This document shows positions 22,012 to 29,686 of a stretch of 43,477 nucleotides of DNA, piece after piece (position 1 is the first letter of the stretch; the number at the start of each line of letters is the position of its first letter). The notes beneath the pieces are model-generated. The model made no database searches. It worked only from the letters and a program-made list of their open reading frames with translations, and was not told the DNA's origin. The DNA is taken from NCBI GenBank assembly GCA_034436315.1, contig DAOTVR010000130.1, positions 1 through 43,477 on the forward strand. The letters are read 5' to 3'. Made by a program: the position numbers and the translations under genes. Origin of the DNA: Anaerolineae bacterium. Its GTDB lineage: Bacteria > Chloroflexota > Anaerolineae > UBA1429.

Positions 22012-22234
22012 GGGGCGTTCAATTGAACGCCCCTGCTGGACGCCCTATCCATCCCCTTATGTAGGGACGTTCAATTGAACGTCCCTACATAAGCGTTCAA
22101 TTGAACGTCCCTACCCAAGCGTCCAACTGACCGCCCCTGTATCCATCCCCTTACGTAGGGGCGTTCAATTGAACGCCCCTACCAAAACGTTCAATTGAAC
22201 GTCCCTACACAAACATTCAAACGAACGCCCCTAC
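22012..22234. repeat. Array of about 7 family-1 palindromic units
   Basis: Full units GTAGGG(A/G)CGTTCAATTGAACG(T/C)CCCTAC lie at 22061-22088 and 22155-22182. 26-nt partial units of the form nnAAGCGTTCAATTGAACGTCCCTAC, some degenerate, lie between them. Confidence 0.85.
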
Positions 22235-22249
22235 ATGTCTGCCCTATCC

Positions 22250-22438
22250 CTACCAGAGGCCGGGGATAAGGCGATAGCGCGTCTTTTGCATGTACTCCCG
22301 ATAGCCCGGCAGCTCGCGCGCCAGCACCTTTTCCTCGTTCAGGATCCTCAGCACCAGGATCACCACGATCAGCAACGTCGGCAGCATAGCCCAGTACGAT
22401 CCCAGGGCCAACGGGGTTAAAACAAGCGCGTCACCAAA
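22250..22438 (-). pseudogene. 3' remnant of an isoprenylcysteine carboxyl methyltransferase (ICMT/PEMT-like) family gene
   Basis: My own minus-strand translation gives ..LTPLALGSYWAMLPTLLIVVILVLRILNEEKVLARELPGYREYMQKTRYRLIPGLW*. That is the characteristic C-terminus of this family. No N-terminal part is present, and the frame runs into the DUF1232 gene. Confidence 0.5.
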
Positions 22439-22806
22439 GCGACGACGAAAGCCGCCAGCAAAAGCCAGATCGCGACGACCCCCACCGCCGCCGCGCGGTT
22501 GACGGGCCTCCCCTGGCGCATGACCTCGCGGGCCTTGTCGCGGCTCTCGGCCAGCACCTGCGCCGGGATCATGGCCAGCGCCAACTTGATCCCCAAGGGC
22601 ACGAGGAGGAGGTCGTCCAGGTACCCCAGGACGGGGATGGGATCGGGGATCAGGTCGATTGGGCTAAAGGCGTAGCCCACGACGCAGGCGGCGAAAACCC
22701 GGGCATACCAGGGCACCCTGGGGTCTTTATAGGCCAGGTAGAGGGCATAGATCTCGGCCTGCAGCTCCCTGGCGCGCTCCTTCCAACGCTCAATGAACGG
22801 CCTCAA
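22417..22806 (-). CDS. DUF1232 (YkvA-like) membrane protein
   Basis: Contains DPRVPWYARVFAACVVGYAFSPIDLIPDPIPVLGYLDDLLL. The start is proposed at TTG 22806, 1 nt after the upstream stop. The listed ATG at 22890 would overlap the previous gene by 83 nt. Confidence 0.75.
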   Translation of the reverse strand: MRPFIERWKERARELQAEIYALYLAYKDPRVPWYARVFAACVVGYAFSPIDLIPDPIPVLGYLDDLLLVPLGIKLALAMIPAQVLAESRDKAREVMRQGRPVNRAAAVGVVAIWLLLAAFVVALVTRLF

Positions 22807-22807
22807 G

Positions 22808-24385
22808 CTACAAATCCTCCGGGATGGGACTTCTAATGAACGGCAGGTAGAGCCGATAGCTTGGCTCAGCCTCATCCGCGCCGAGGTCATAGCCCGCCCC
22901 CATCGGCCGCGCGTCGCCGTCTATATCGGTGGCGACTCCCGCATCCACCCCGGCATCCAGCGCCGCCGAGCCGGGGCCCAGGTGGTAATCGCCGGCGGCG
23001 GGGTTGAGGAAGCGCGGATCACCATCTATCGGGTTCGTTCCCCGCAGGCCGTCGTGGGCGTTGGCCCAGAAAAGGGTGTGGTCGGCGAAGATGGTGGAGC
23101 TAGTTGGATAGGTGCTGGTGATACCCCACGTGTGGCCGGCGACGATGGTATTCGTCAGGAATAGAGTGACATAATCCTCCACATAAACGCCGTACCCCGA
23201 TCCCGACCCCACCAGGGTGTTATGGAGCAGCGTGGCGGTCAGCGGATAGGCCACATGGCCGTAAGCAGCAAAGGTTGTGCCCCCGCTGCGGGCGATGACG
23301 TTGTTGATCAGCGTTGGCCCGCCGCCGATGCTATTATACAGTTGCAGCCCTTCATTGGTTAGATTATCCACCACCCAGTTGCCCTCAAAGCACGAGCGGC
23401 TATAGCCGAGATAAACCGCGCGTCTGCCGCGATTGCCCCGGACCACGTTGCCCACGTAGTGCGCCGCGCCGTACCATTGGTAGAGCCCCGCGCCGTAACC
23501 GGTGCCCATCGCGTTGCTCCAGTTGCCCTCCACCAAGTTGCCCCGGATCAGCGCGCCACCCGGCCCCCCGCTGATGCCCCCGCCCCAGGCGCAAGACATG
23601 TTCGTGGTGGTAGCGTAGTTGCTGAGCACCCGGTTGGCCTCTACCCGCGCCCCCTCGGCCGCGCCGAATAGAAACATCCCCCCGCCATTTCCACAATCCG
23701 CGGCGCCGGCCACGTTGCTGATGACGACGTTGCCGCTGATGACCGCGCGGTCGGCGTCGCGCAGGTAGAGTCCTCCGCCGTAGCCGGTGGTGCCGGTCGG
23801 ATAGCCGGCCGTGGTGAGGGCGGCGACGTTATCGCTGATGATATTGTTGACGATGAGCGGATGGGCGCCGTACGCAAAGATGCCCCCGCCACAGCCATCG
23901 GGGTTCCCGCTGCTGGTAGGGCAGCCCTCGGTCAGCCCGGTGGCGTTGCCGCGAGCGATGATCAGGCCGTCCAAGGTGGGGGTGATGTCGCCGCTGATGT
24001 ACACCACCCGCCGCGCCCTCTCGCCATCCAAGACGGTGGGATAGGCCGCCGGGTCGCGCGTCACCGGGCCACTGGGGGCGCCGTCCCACCCGCCGTAGAG
24101 GGTGATGGATCGGGTGAGGGTGATGACGGCGGCGCCGGTGCCGGTGTAGGTACCTTGGGCCAGGTAGAGGATGTCGCCATCGTTGGCGAGGCTCAGGGCC
24201 GTCTGCAAAGCGCAGGGGTTCGCCTGAGAGCACTCCGTGCCGCTACCCGTGGGGGAAATGAAGAGGCTCCCCGGGTCGGCGCGGGCTACCGGCGAGGCCC
24301 CGCCCAAGAGCACGAACAGGGCAGCGAGGAACAGGCCGCCCATGGCCAGAGCGAAGACGATAGACCTGCACTTATCAAGGTTCAT
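22808..24385 (-). CDS. Secreted right-handed parallel beta-helix repeat protein
   Basis: Has a signal peptide and the start GDILYLAQGTYTG.. Repeated GG(G)I/LY..NN.I.N turns follow. The C-terminal motif is GDYHLGPGSAALDAG..DIDGDARP..YDLGADE. Confidence 0.75.
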   Translation of the reverse strand: MNLDKCRSIVFALAMGGLFLAALFVLLGGASPVARADPGSLFISPTGSGTECSQANPCALQTALSLANDGDILYLAQGTYTGTGAAVITLTRSITLYGGWDGAPSGPVTRDPAAYPTVLDGERARRVVYISGDITPTLDGLIIARGNATGLTEGCPTSSGNPDGCGGGIFAYGAHPLIVNNIISDNVAALTTAGYPTGTTGYGGGLYLRDADRAVISGNVVISNVAGAADCGNGGGMFLFGAAEGARVEANRVLSNYATTTNMSCAWGGGISGGPGGALIRGNLVEGNWSNAMGTGYGAGLYQWYGAAHYVGNVVRGNRGRRAVYLGYSRSCFEGNWVVDNLTNEGLQLYNSIGGGPTLINNVIARSGGTTFAAYGHVAYPLTATLLHNTLVGSGSGYGVYVEDYVTLFLTNTIVAGHTWGITSTYPTSSTIFADHTLFWANAHDGLRGTNPIDGDPRFLNPAAGDYHLGPGSAALDAGVDAGVATDIDGDARPMGAGYDLGADEAEPSYRLYLPFIRSPIPEDL

Positions 24386-24597
24386 CTCGTTCCCCCTTTC
24401 TCCTTACCAGAGGCTATATGACGCCCCACGTTCCCAAAACACGCCGGCCAGAAACGTTCATCAGCTCGCCGCCCGTTCCCTCGGAGGCGGCGGAGCCTCT
24501 CCCCGTTGCACCTTCCCCGACATCCTAGCGATAAGGTACGTGATCACTCAGATACGCGAGGATAGAACAGAAATTCGGGAGTTGGTGATACATTTAC

Positions 24598-24626
24598 ATT
24601 CTAGGATGATAGAGAGTTTGACGCAA
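24598..24626 (-). promoter_or_regulatory. Sigma70-type promoter for the beta-helix gene (about 200-nt leader)
   Basis: The minus strand reads TTGCGT-17nt-TAGAAT. Its -35 overlaps a plus-strand TTGACG. Confidence 0.45.
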
Positions 24627-24640
24627 CTCCCATCCCCCAC

Positions 24641-24749
24641 GTAGGGGCGTTCCATTGAATGCCCCTACCCAAGCGTTCCATTGAATGCCCCTACTTGACG
24701 CCTCACCCATCCCCCCGTATAGTAGGGACGTTCAATGGAACGTCCCTAT
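24641..24749. repeat. Family-1 palindromic units (three copies)
   Basis: GTAGGGGCGTTCCATTGAATGCCCCTAC, then CCAAGCGTTCCATTGAATGCCCCTAC, then GTAGGGACGTTCAATGGAACGTCCCTAT. Confidence 0.85.
24695..24723 (+). promoter_or_regulatory. Sigma70-type promoter embedded in the repeat module, upstream of the flavoprotein gene
   Basis: TTGACG-17nt-TATAGT. The -10 runs directly into the palindrome GTAGGGACGTTCAATGGAACGTCCCTAT. Confidence 0.55.
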
Positions 24750-24761
24750 CCAAGGATAGAC

Positions 24762-26708
24762 ATGAGCGAGCTTTGCGACGTCTTGATCATCGGCGGCGGG
24801 GGGGCGGCGTTGCGTGCGGCCATCGCCGCCTATGAGCGCGCTCCGGGGCTCCAGATCGTCCTGGTGACCAAGGGAAACCTGGGCCATAGCGGGGTGACGG
24901 CCACGGCCTGCTCCGACCGCATGGCCTTTCACGCCACGTTGCCCACCACCGAGCCGGGCGGCCCCGAGGCCTGGCGCTACCACGCCGAGGATATCTACCG
25001 CATCGGGGGATGCGTCTCCGATTGGGACCTGGCCGAGCTCCTGGCCAAGGAGAGCGCCCAGGCCTTTGCCTATCTGGAGCGGCTGGGGGTCCCCTGGGTG
25101 CGCCGCGCCGACGGCACGGTGGATCAATTCCTCACCGACGGCTCGCTCTACGCCCGCGCCTGCTACACCGGGCCTTATACCGCCAACCACATCGAGGAGG
25201 CCCTCCTGCGCCGCCTGCGGGAGCTGCCCATCCGTGTCGTGGAGCAGACCCTGGTGGCCGAGCTTCTACTGGACGCGCGCGGTGAGCAGGTGATCGGGGC
25301 GGCGCTCGTCTCGGAGCGGGATGGACAGATCAGCGCCCTGGGAGCCAAGGCCATCGTCCTGGCCACGGGCGGGGCCGGGCAGGCCTTTGCGGTGAACGTC
25401 TATCCCCCCGATTGCACCGGCGACGGCTACGCCCTGGCCTATCGCGCGGGGGCGGAGCTGGTCAACCTGGAATTCATCCAGATCGGCCTCTGTTCGCTCC
25501 AGACCGGGCTGGCCTGTTCCGGGGATATGATGCGCGCCCTGCCGCGCCTGGTCAACGACCGCGAGGAAGAGTTCCTGGCCCGCTACCTGCCGCCGGGGAC
25601 GACGCCCGCCGAGATGTACGGCCTCCTCTTCGCCAAAGGGGCGAGCTGGCCCGTCTCGGTGAACGAGCCCTCGCACCTCATCGACATCGCCGTCTCTCGG
25701 GAGTTGGCCGCCGGGCGGCGCGTCTACTTGGATTACGCCCGCGATCCCTGGGGTTTGGATTTCAGTGAGGGCGTTCAGTTGAACGCCCCTACAACCTTGG
25801 GCGTTCAGTTGAACGCCCCTACTGCCTCGGGTGCACGATCGAATGCCCCTACCGCGGTGCACGAGCGGGTGCGCGCATGGTATCGGGGCAAGGGATTGGA
25901 GCCGGGCGACCCGCGCCTGCGCAGCCCGCTGGAGCGCCTGAGGGCCATCAACCCCCAGGCAGTGGAGTGGCTGGCCGCGCGGGGGATTGATCTGGCCCGC
26001 GGGGACCGGGTGGAGGTGGCCCCGGCGGTGCAGCACTTTCAGGGCGGGGTCAAGATCCGCACCCGCGCCGAGACGACCCTGCGCGGCCTCTATGCGGCGG
26101 GGGAGGTGGCCGGGGGCCAGCACGGGGCCAACCGCCCCGGAGGCAACGCCCTATTGGATACGCAGGTCTTTGGGCGGATCGCCGGAGAATCCGCCGCCGA
26201 GTTCGCCCTGGCCGCCGGTAGTCGCGTCCCCTCGGTGCGCGGCCCAACGCCGCAAGACGCCGAGGACGCGATCCGACGCCTGTTCAGGGGCGTTCAGTTG
26301 AATGCCCAAGGCGGTAGGGGCGTTCAATTGAACGCCCCTACCGTGGTGCGCGAGCGGGTGCGCCGGGCCATGTCCGCCGCCTGCGGGGTTTATCGCACCG
26401 AGGCCGGACTAAGGGATCTCGTGCAAACCCTAGAGGAGCTGGCCGAGCATGGGGTCAGCGCCGAGGGTGTGCCCTTGAACGAGGCTTTGGAGGCGGCGAA
26501 CATCCTCCAGGTGGCCCGGTTGGTGGCCCGCGCCGCCCTGGAGCGCGACGAGAGCCGCGGGCCACACCTGCGCTTCGCGGCCGAGGGCTCGCTGGAGCCG
26601 CTGGCGCAGGATGACCGACGCTGGGCGCTCTACACGGTCATCCGCAGGGGGCCAGATGGCCCCCTCCTGGAGCGCCGCCGGCCCGTGCGCCCGGAGAAAG
26701 GTGTATAG
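24762..26708 (+). CDS. FAD-binding oxidoreductase of the SdhA/FrdA/NadB (FAD_binding_2) family, with two repeat-derived in-frame inserts
   Basis: Contains the [18 protein letters not shown] dinucleotide fold, [24 protein letters not shown], the active-site context HFQGGVKI, and [22 protein letters not shown]. The start at M10 of the listed ORF avoids repeat DNA. Confidence 0.85.
   Translation: MSELCDVLIIGGGGAALRAAIAAYERAPGLQIVLVTKGNLGHSGVTATACSDRMAFHATLPTTEPGGPEAWRYHAEDIYRIGGCVSDWDLAELLAKESAQAFAYLERLGVPWVRRADGTVDQFLTDGSLYARACYTGPYTANHIEEALLRRLRELPIRVVEQTLVAELLLDARGEQVIGAALVSERDGQISALGAKAIVLATGGAGQAFAVNVYPPDCTGDGYALAYRAGAELVNLEFIQIGLCSLQTGLACSGDMMRALPRLVNDREEEFLARYLPPGTTPAEMYGLLFAKGASWPVSVNEPSHLIDIAVSRELAAGRRVYLDYARDPWGLDFSEGVQLNAPTTLGVQLNAPTASGARSNAPTAVHERVRAWYRGKGLEPGDPRLRSPLERLRAINPQAVEWLAARGIDLARGDRVEVAPAVQHFQGGVKIRTRAETTLRGLYAAGEVAGGQHGANRPGGNALLDTQVFGRIAGESAAEFALAAGSRVPSVRGPTPQDAEDAIRRLFRGVQLNAQGGRGVQLNAPTVVRERVRRAMSAACGVYRTEAGLRDLVQTLEELAEHGVSAEGVPLNEALEAANILQVARLVARAALERDESRGPHLRFAAEGSLEPLAQDDRRWALYTVIRRGPDGPLLERRRPVRPEKGV
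25769..25852. repeat. Three family-1 units, in frame within the flavoprotein CDS
   Basis: GGCGTTCAGTTGAACGCCCCTAC is followed by two 30-nt units ending in CCCCTAC. Together they encode [28 protein letters not shown]. Confidence 0.8.
26285..26341. repeat. Two family-1 units, in frame within the flavoprotein CDS
   Basis: AGGGGCGTTCAGTTGAATGCCC AAGGCG GTAGGGGCGTTCAATTGAACGCCCCTAC encodes [19 protein letters not shown]. Confidence 0.8.
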
Positions 26709-26722
26709 AGAAAGGACACAAG

Positions 26723-26950
26723 ATGGGTTTCACCAGGATCACTGTCAATCCTAAACAGATGGATGGAATGCCCTGCATTCGCGGGTTGCGCATCCCGGTA
26801 GCTACGGTCGTGGGCATGGTCGCCGACGGCATGAGCGAAGAAGAGATCCTTGAAGCCTTCCCCGACCTGGAGCGCGAGGATATCCGCGAGGCCTTGCGCT
26901 ACGCTGCCGAGGCCGTGCGCGAGCGCGAGCTGCCCTTGGCGGTGGCCTGA
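26723..26950 (+). CDS. DUF433 domain protein (antitoxin-like HTH)
   Basis: [53 protein letters not shown] is typical DUF433. Confidence 0.8.
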   Translation: MGFTRITVNPKQMDGMPCIRGLRIPVATVVGMVADGMSEEEILEAFPDLEREDIREALRYAAEAVRERELPLAVA

Positions 26951-27324
26951 TGAAGTTCCTTATAGATAACCCTCTATCGCCCATGGTTGCAGAGGGTTTG
27001 CGAAGAGCAGGGCACGATGCGACGCATGTGCGCGACTATGGGATGCAGGCAGCCCTGGACGAGGAGATTTTTGCCAGGGCAGCCCAAGAGGAGCGTACTC
27101 TAGTCTCCGCAGACACTGACTTTGCTATGCTCTTGGCGCTTCGGCAAGAGAGGAAACCTTCGGTGATCTTGTTTCGGCGCGGTTCAGGGCGCCGCCCGGC
27201 ACAACAGGTAACACTGCTTCTGGCCAACCTGGATACGATACGGGAGGCGCTAGAACAAGGAAGCGTTGTCGTCCTTGACCAGACGCGTATACGCATCCGT
27301 CGGTTGCCAATAGGGGGAGGCTGA
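26950..27324 (+). CDS. DUF5615 PIN-like nuclease domain protein (toxin-like)
   Basis: [18 protein letters not shown]....[22 protein letters not shown] is typical of the DUF433 partner family. The gene junction is TGATG, a 1-nt overlap. Confidence 0.7.
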   Translation: MKFLIDNPLSPMVAEGLRRAGHDATHVRDYGMQAALDEEIFARAAQEERTLVSADTDFAMLLALRQERKPSVILFRRGSGRRPAQQVTLLLANLDTIREALEQGSVVVLDQTRIRIRRLPIGGG

Positions 27325-27971
27325 TGTCAGGCTTGTGCGTGCGCCCCTATGAGCCGGCCGACCGCGCGGCGGTGCTGAAGGTCGCCGCGGACGTGGCCTT
27401 CTTCGGCGAGCCGCTGGAGGCCTTCCTGGAGGATCGGTGGCTCTTCGCCGAGGCCTTTTGCGCCTATTACACCGATCGGGAGCCGGAACACGCCTGGGTG
27501 GCCTGCGCCGATGGCCAGGTGGTGGGCTATCTCTTGGGCTGCCTGGACACGCGCGCCCAGCGGCGCCGCTGGAGGCGGGAGGTCTTGCCTCGGCTCCTTT
27601 GGCGGGCGCTCGGGGGGCGCTACCGCCTGGGGAGGCTGACGGCGCGCTACGTCCTCGCCCATGCCCGGGGCCTGCTATGCGGCGAATTCCCCCGCGTGGA
27701 TTCGGCGAGCTATCCGGCGCACCTGCACATCGGCATCGCCGCCCCTTGGCGCGGGCATGGCCTGGGGCGGAGGCTCCTTGAGGCCTTCCTGGCCCAGGCG
27801 CGTGCGGCGGGGGTGCGGGGCGTGCACCTGGAGACGACCAGCCAGAACGTGGCCGCCTGTCGGCTCTACGAGCGGCTCGGCTTCCGCCTGCTGGACGCCC
27901 GCCCGACGCGCCTCTGGGCGAGGCTCATCCCCGGCCCGGTGGAGAACCGCTGCTACGGGATGGCTCTGTAG
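27324..27971 (+). CDS. GNAT-family N-acetyltransferase
   Basis: Has the acetyl-CoA motif A (IGIAAPWRGHGLGRRLLEAFL) and the motif NVAACRLYERLGFRL. The junction with the previous gene is TGATG. Confidence 0.8.
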   Translation: MSGLCVRPYEPADRAAVLKVAADVAFFGEPLEAFLEDRWLFAEAFCAYYTDREPEHAWVACADGQVVGYLLGCLDTRAQRRRWRREVLPRLLWRALGGRYRLGRLTARYVLAHARGLLCGEFPRVDSASYPAHLHIGIAAPWRGHGLGRRLLEAFLAQARAAGVRGVHLETTSQNVAACRLYERLGFRLLDARPTRLWARLIPGPVENRCYGMAL

Positions 27972-28029
27972 CCGCAGCACCCCGGCCTCGGGGAAACGCG
28001 GCTACCGCGATACCTTGGGGGGTTAAGCT

Positions 28030-28617
28030 ATGTCCAAAAGGGTCATCGTCTTCTCCCGGCAACGCCTATTGGACGGCTTTTTCAAGGTGGACCGTGCCGA
28101 GGTGAGTTACGAGCGCTACGATGGCACGATGAGCCCGGTGGTGACCCGCCTGGTCTTGGAGCGGGGCGACTCGGTGGCCGTGCTCCCCTACGATCGCGAG
28201 CGGGGCGAGGTGGTGCTCATCCAGCAATTCCGCTACCCGGCCTACGTGCGCGATGGCGATGGCTGGCTCTGGGAGATCATCGCCGGCGCGCAGGAGGAGG
28301 GCCGCTCGCCGGAGGAGGTGGCCCGCGCCGAGGCCCTGGAGGAGGCCGGCTACCGGCTGGATAACCTTCGGCACGTAGCCACCGTCTATCCCAGCCCCGG
28401 CGGCACCTCGGAGCGGATGCACATCTTCCTCGCGACGGTCAGCTCCCAGGGGCGCGTGGGCCAAGGGGGCGGCCTGGCCGAAAGCGGCGAGGACATCCTG
28501 GTGCGCACCTTTCGCCTGGAGGAGGCGCTGCAGATGGTGGAGGAGGGGTGCATCGTGGATGCCAAGACGATCATCGCCCTATACTATCTGGCCTTGCACC
28601 GGGAAGAGCTGGGTTAG
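28030..28617 (+). CDS. NUDIX hydrolase (ADP-ribose/NDP-sugar pyrophosphatase-like)
   Basis: The Nudix box is GAQEEGRSPEEVARAEALEEAGY. Confidence 0.85.
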   Translation: MSKRVIVFSRQRLLDGFFKVDRAEVSYERYDGTMSPVVTRLVLERGDSVAVLPYDRERGEVVLIQQFRYPAYVRDGDGWLWEIIAGAQEEGRSPEEVARAEALEEAGYRLDNLRHVATVYPSPGGTSERMHIFLATVSSQGRVGQGGGLAESGEDILVRTFRLEEALQMVEEGCIVDAKTIIALYYLALHREELG

Positions 28618-28618
28618 A

Positions 28619-28713
28619 GCCGTCAGTTATCAGCCGTCAGCCATCAGCTAGACTCCCCGCAAGCTGACGACTGATGGCTGAGGGCCGTTTACTAAAAGCC
28701 GACAACTGATAAC
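28619..28713. repeat. Heptamer-armed hairpin element (family 2)
   Basis: The left arm is GCCGTCAG TTATCAGC CGTCAGC CATCAGC. After the loop, the right arm is AGCTGAC GACTGAT GGCTGAG ..CAACTGATAAC. It starts 2 nt after the NUDIX stop. Confidence 0.7.
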
Positions 28714-28724
28714 AGGAGGAGCTA

Positions 28725-29507
28725 ATGGGACGAACGCTTCACGTGGCCGCCGCGCAGCTCAAGATCGCGGCGGAGGTCGAGGAGAACCTCAGGCGCATCC
28801 TGGAGACCATGCGCCGTTGCGCCGCCGAGGACGTAGAGGCCGTGGTCTTTCCGGAGACGGCGCTCACCGGCTACAGCCCCAACATCGGCCACGGGCGGCA
28901 GCCGGCGGAATGGCCGCGCATCCAGGACGGCCTGGAGGCCATCTCCCGACTGGCCCAGGAGCTGGGCCTTTGGGTCGTCGTGGGCAGCGAGGCCTGGGAA
29001 AACGAAGCCTGGGTGAACCGCCTTTACGTCTACTCCGATAAGGGCCAGCTCGCGGCCAGCTACGACAAGGTGCACCTCACCAACGACGATACGCGTTATT
29101 ACCGCCCGGGGACGCGCAACGTGCTCCTGGAGCTCAAGGGGATCAAGGTCGGGCTGCAGATCTGCTACGACGTGCGCTTCCCCGAAGGCTATCGCGACCT
29201 CCTGGCCCAAGGGGCAGAGATCATCATGCAGGGCTTTTACGGCGCGGGCAAAGACACCTGGAAGGTGCCCGTGTTGGCCGCTCACCTGCGCGCGCGGGCG
29301 GCGGAGAACGGCTGTTTCGTCGTCGCCGCGAACGTCGCCGGGCCCCTGCAGATCGTGGTCTCGCAGATCATAGACCCGCTGGGCTTGGTCCTCGCGCAGG
29401 CCAACCAGGATCACGAGGAGATCATCAAGGCCCGCCTGGATCTAGAGCGCGTCGCCGAGAGCGAGGTCCGTCGCGATTACCTGACCCGCTTCCAAGGCAG
29501 AGGCTGA
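28725..29507 (+). CDS. Carbon-nitrogen hydrolase (nitrilase superfamily)
   Basis: The catalytic Glu context is VVFPETALTGY and the Cys context is GLQICYDVRFPE. Confidence 0.85.
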   Translation: MGRTLHVAAAQLKIAAEVEENLRRILETMRRCAAEDVEAVVFPETALTGYSPNIGHGRQPAEWPRIQDGLEAISRLAQELGLWVVVGSEAWENEAWVNRLYVYSDKGQLAASYDKVHLTNDDTRYYRPGTRNVLLELKGIKVGLQICYDVRFPEGYRDLLAQGAEIIMQGFYGAGKDTWKVPVLAAHLRARAAENGCFVVAANVAGPLQIVVSQIIDPLGLVLAQANQDHEEIIKARLDLERVAESEVRRDYLTRFQGRG

Positions 29508-29585
29508 GCCTGCGTCCGGCGAATTTCAACCAACTGCCGTAACCTTTTTCCCCACCCACCGTCGTAAATCTGGACATGCTCCGCC

Positions 29586-29613
29586 TTGCAGAGACGGCCG
29601 GAGCGACTATAAT
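29586..29613 (+). promoter_or_regulatory. Sigma70-type promoter upstream of the response regulator / giant-protein cluster
   Basis: TTGCAG-16nt-TATAAT. Confidence 0.5.
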
Positions 29614-29686
29614 GGGGCCAAGGGCCCGTTCGTTTGAACCGGGTCTTCTGAGATCCTGCACGTTAGTAGAGGGAGAAGGATCAGCC

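Noticed and set aside
21991-22060. Possible Mn (yybP-ykoY) riboswitch upstream of the VIT1/CCC1 transporter.
   Set aside because: The leader consists of family-1 repeat units. I see none of the conserved riboswitch core sequences.
22012-22234. Possible CRISPR array, since it consists of regularly recurring ~26-28 nt repeats.
   Set aside because: The 'spacers' are only about 2-20 nt long and are partly repeated themselves. The units are palindromic and degenerate. The same unit is dispersed singly and inside genes. No cas genes or leader are present. A REP/MITE-like array fits better.
22235-22420. Listed plus-strand 61-aa ORF.
   Set aside because: The opposite strand encodes a recognisable ICMT-family C-terminus over the same bases. 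The plus-strand product has no features.
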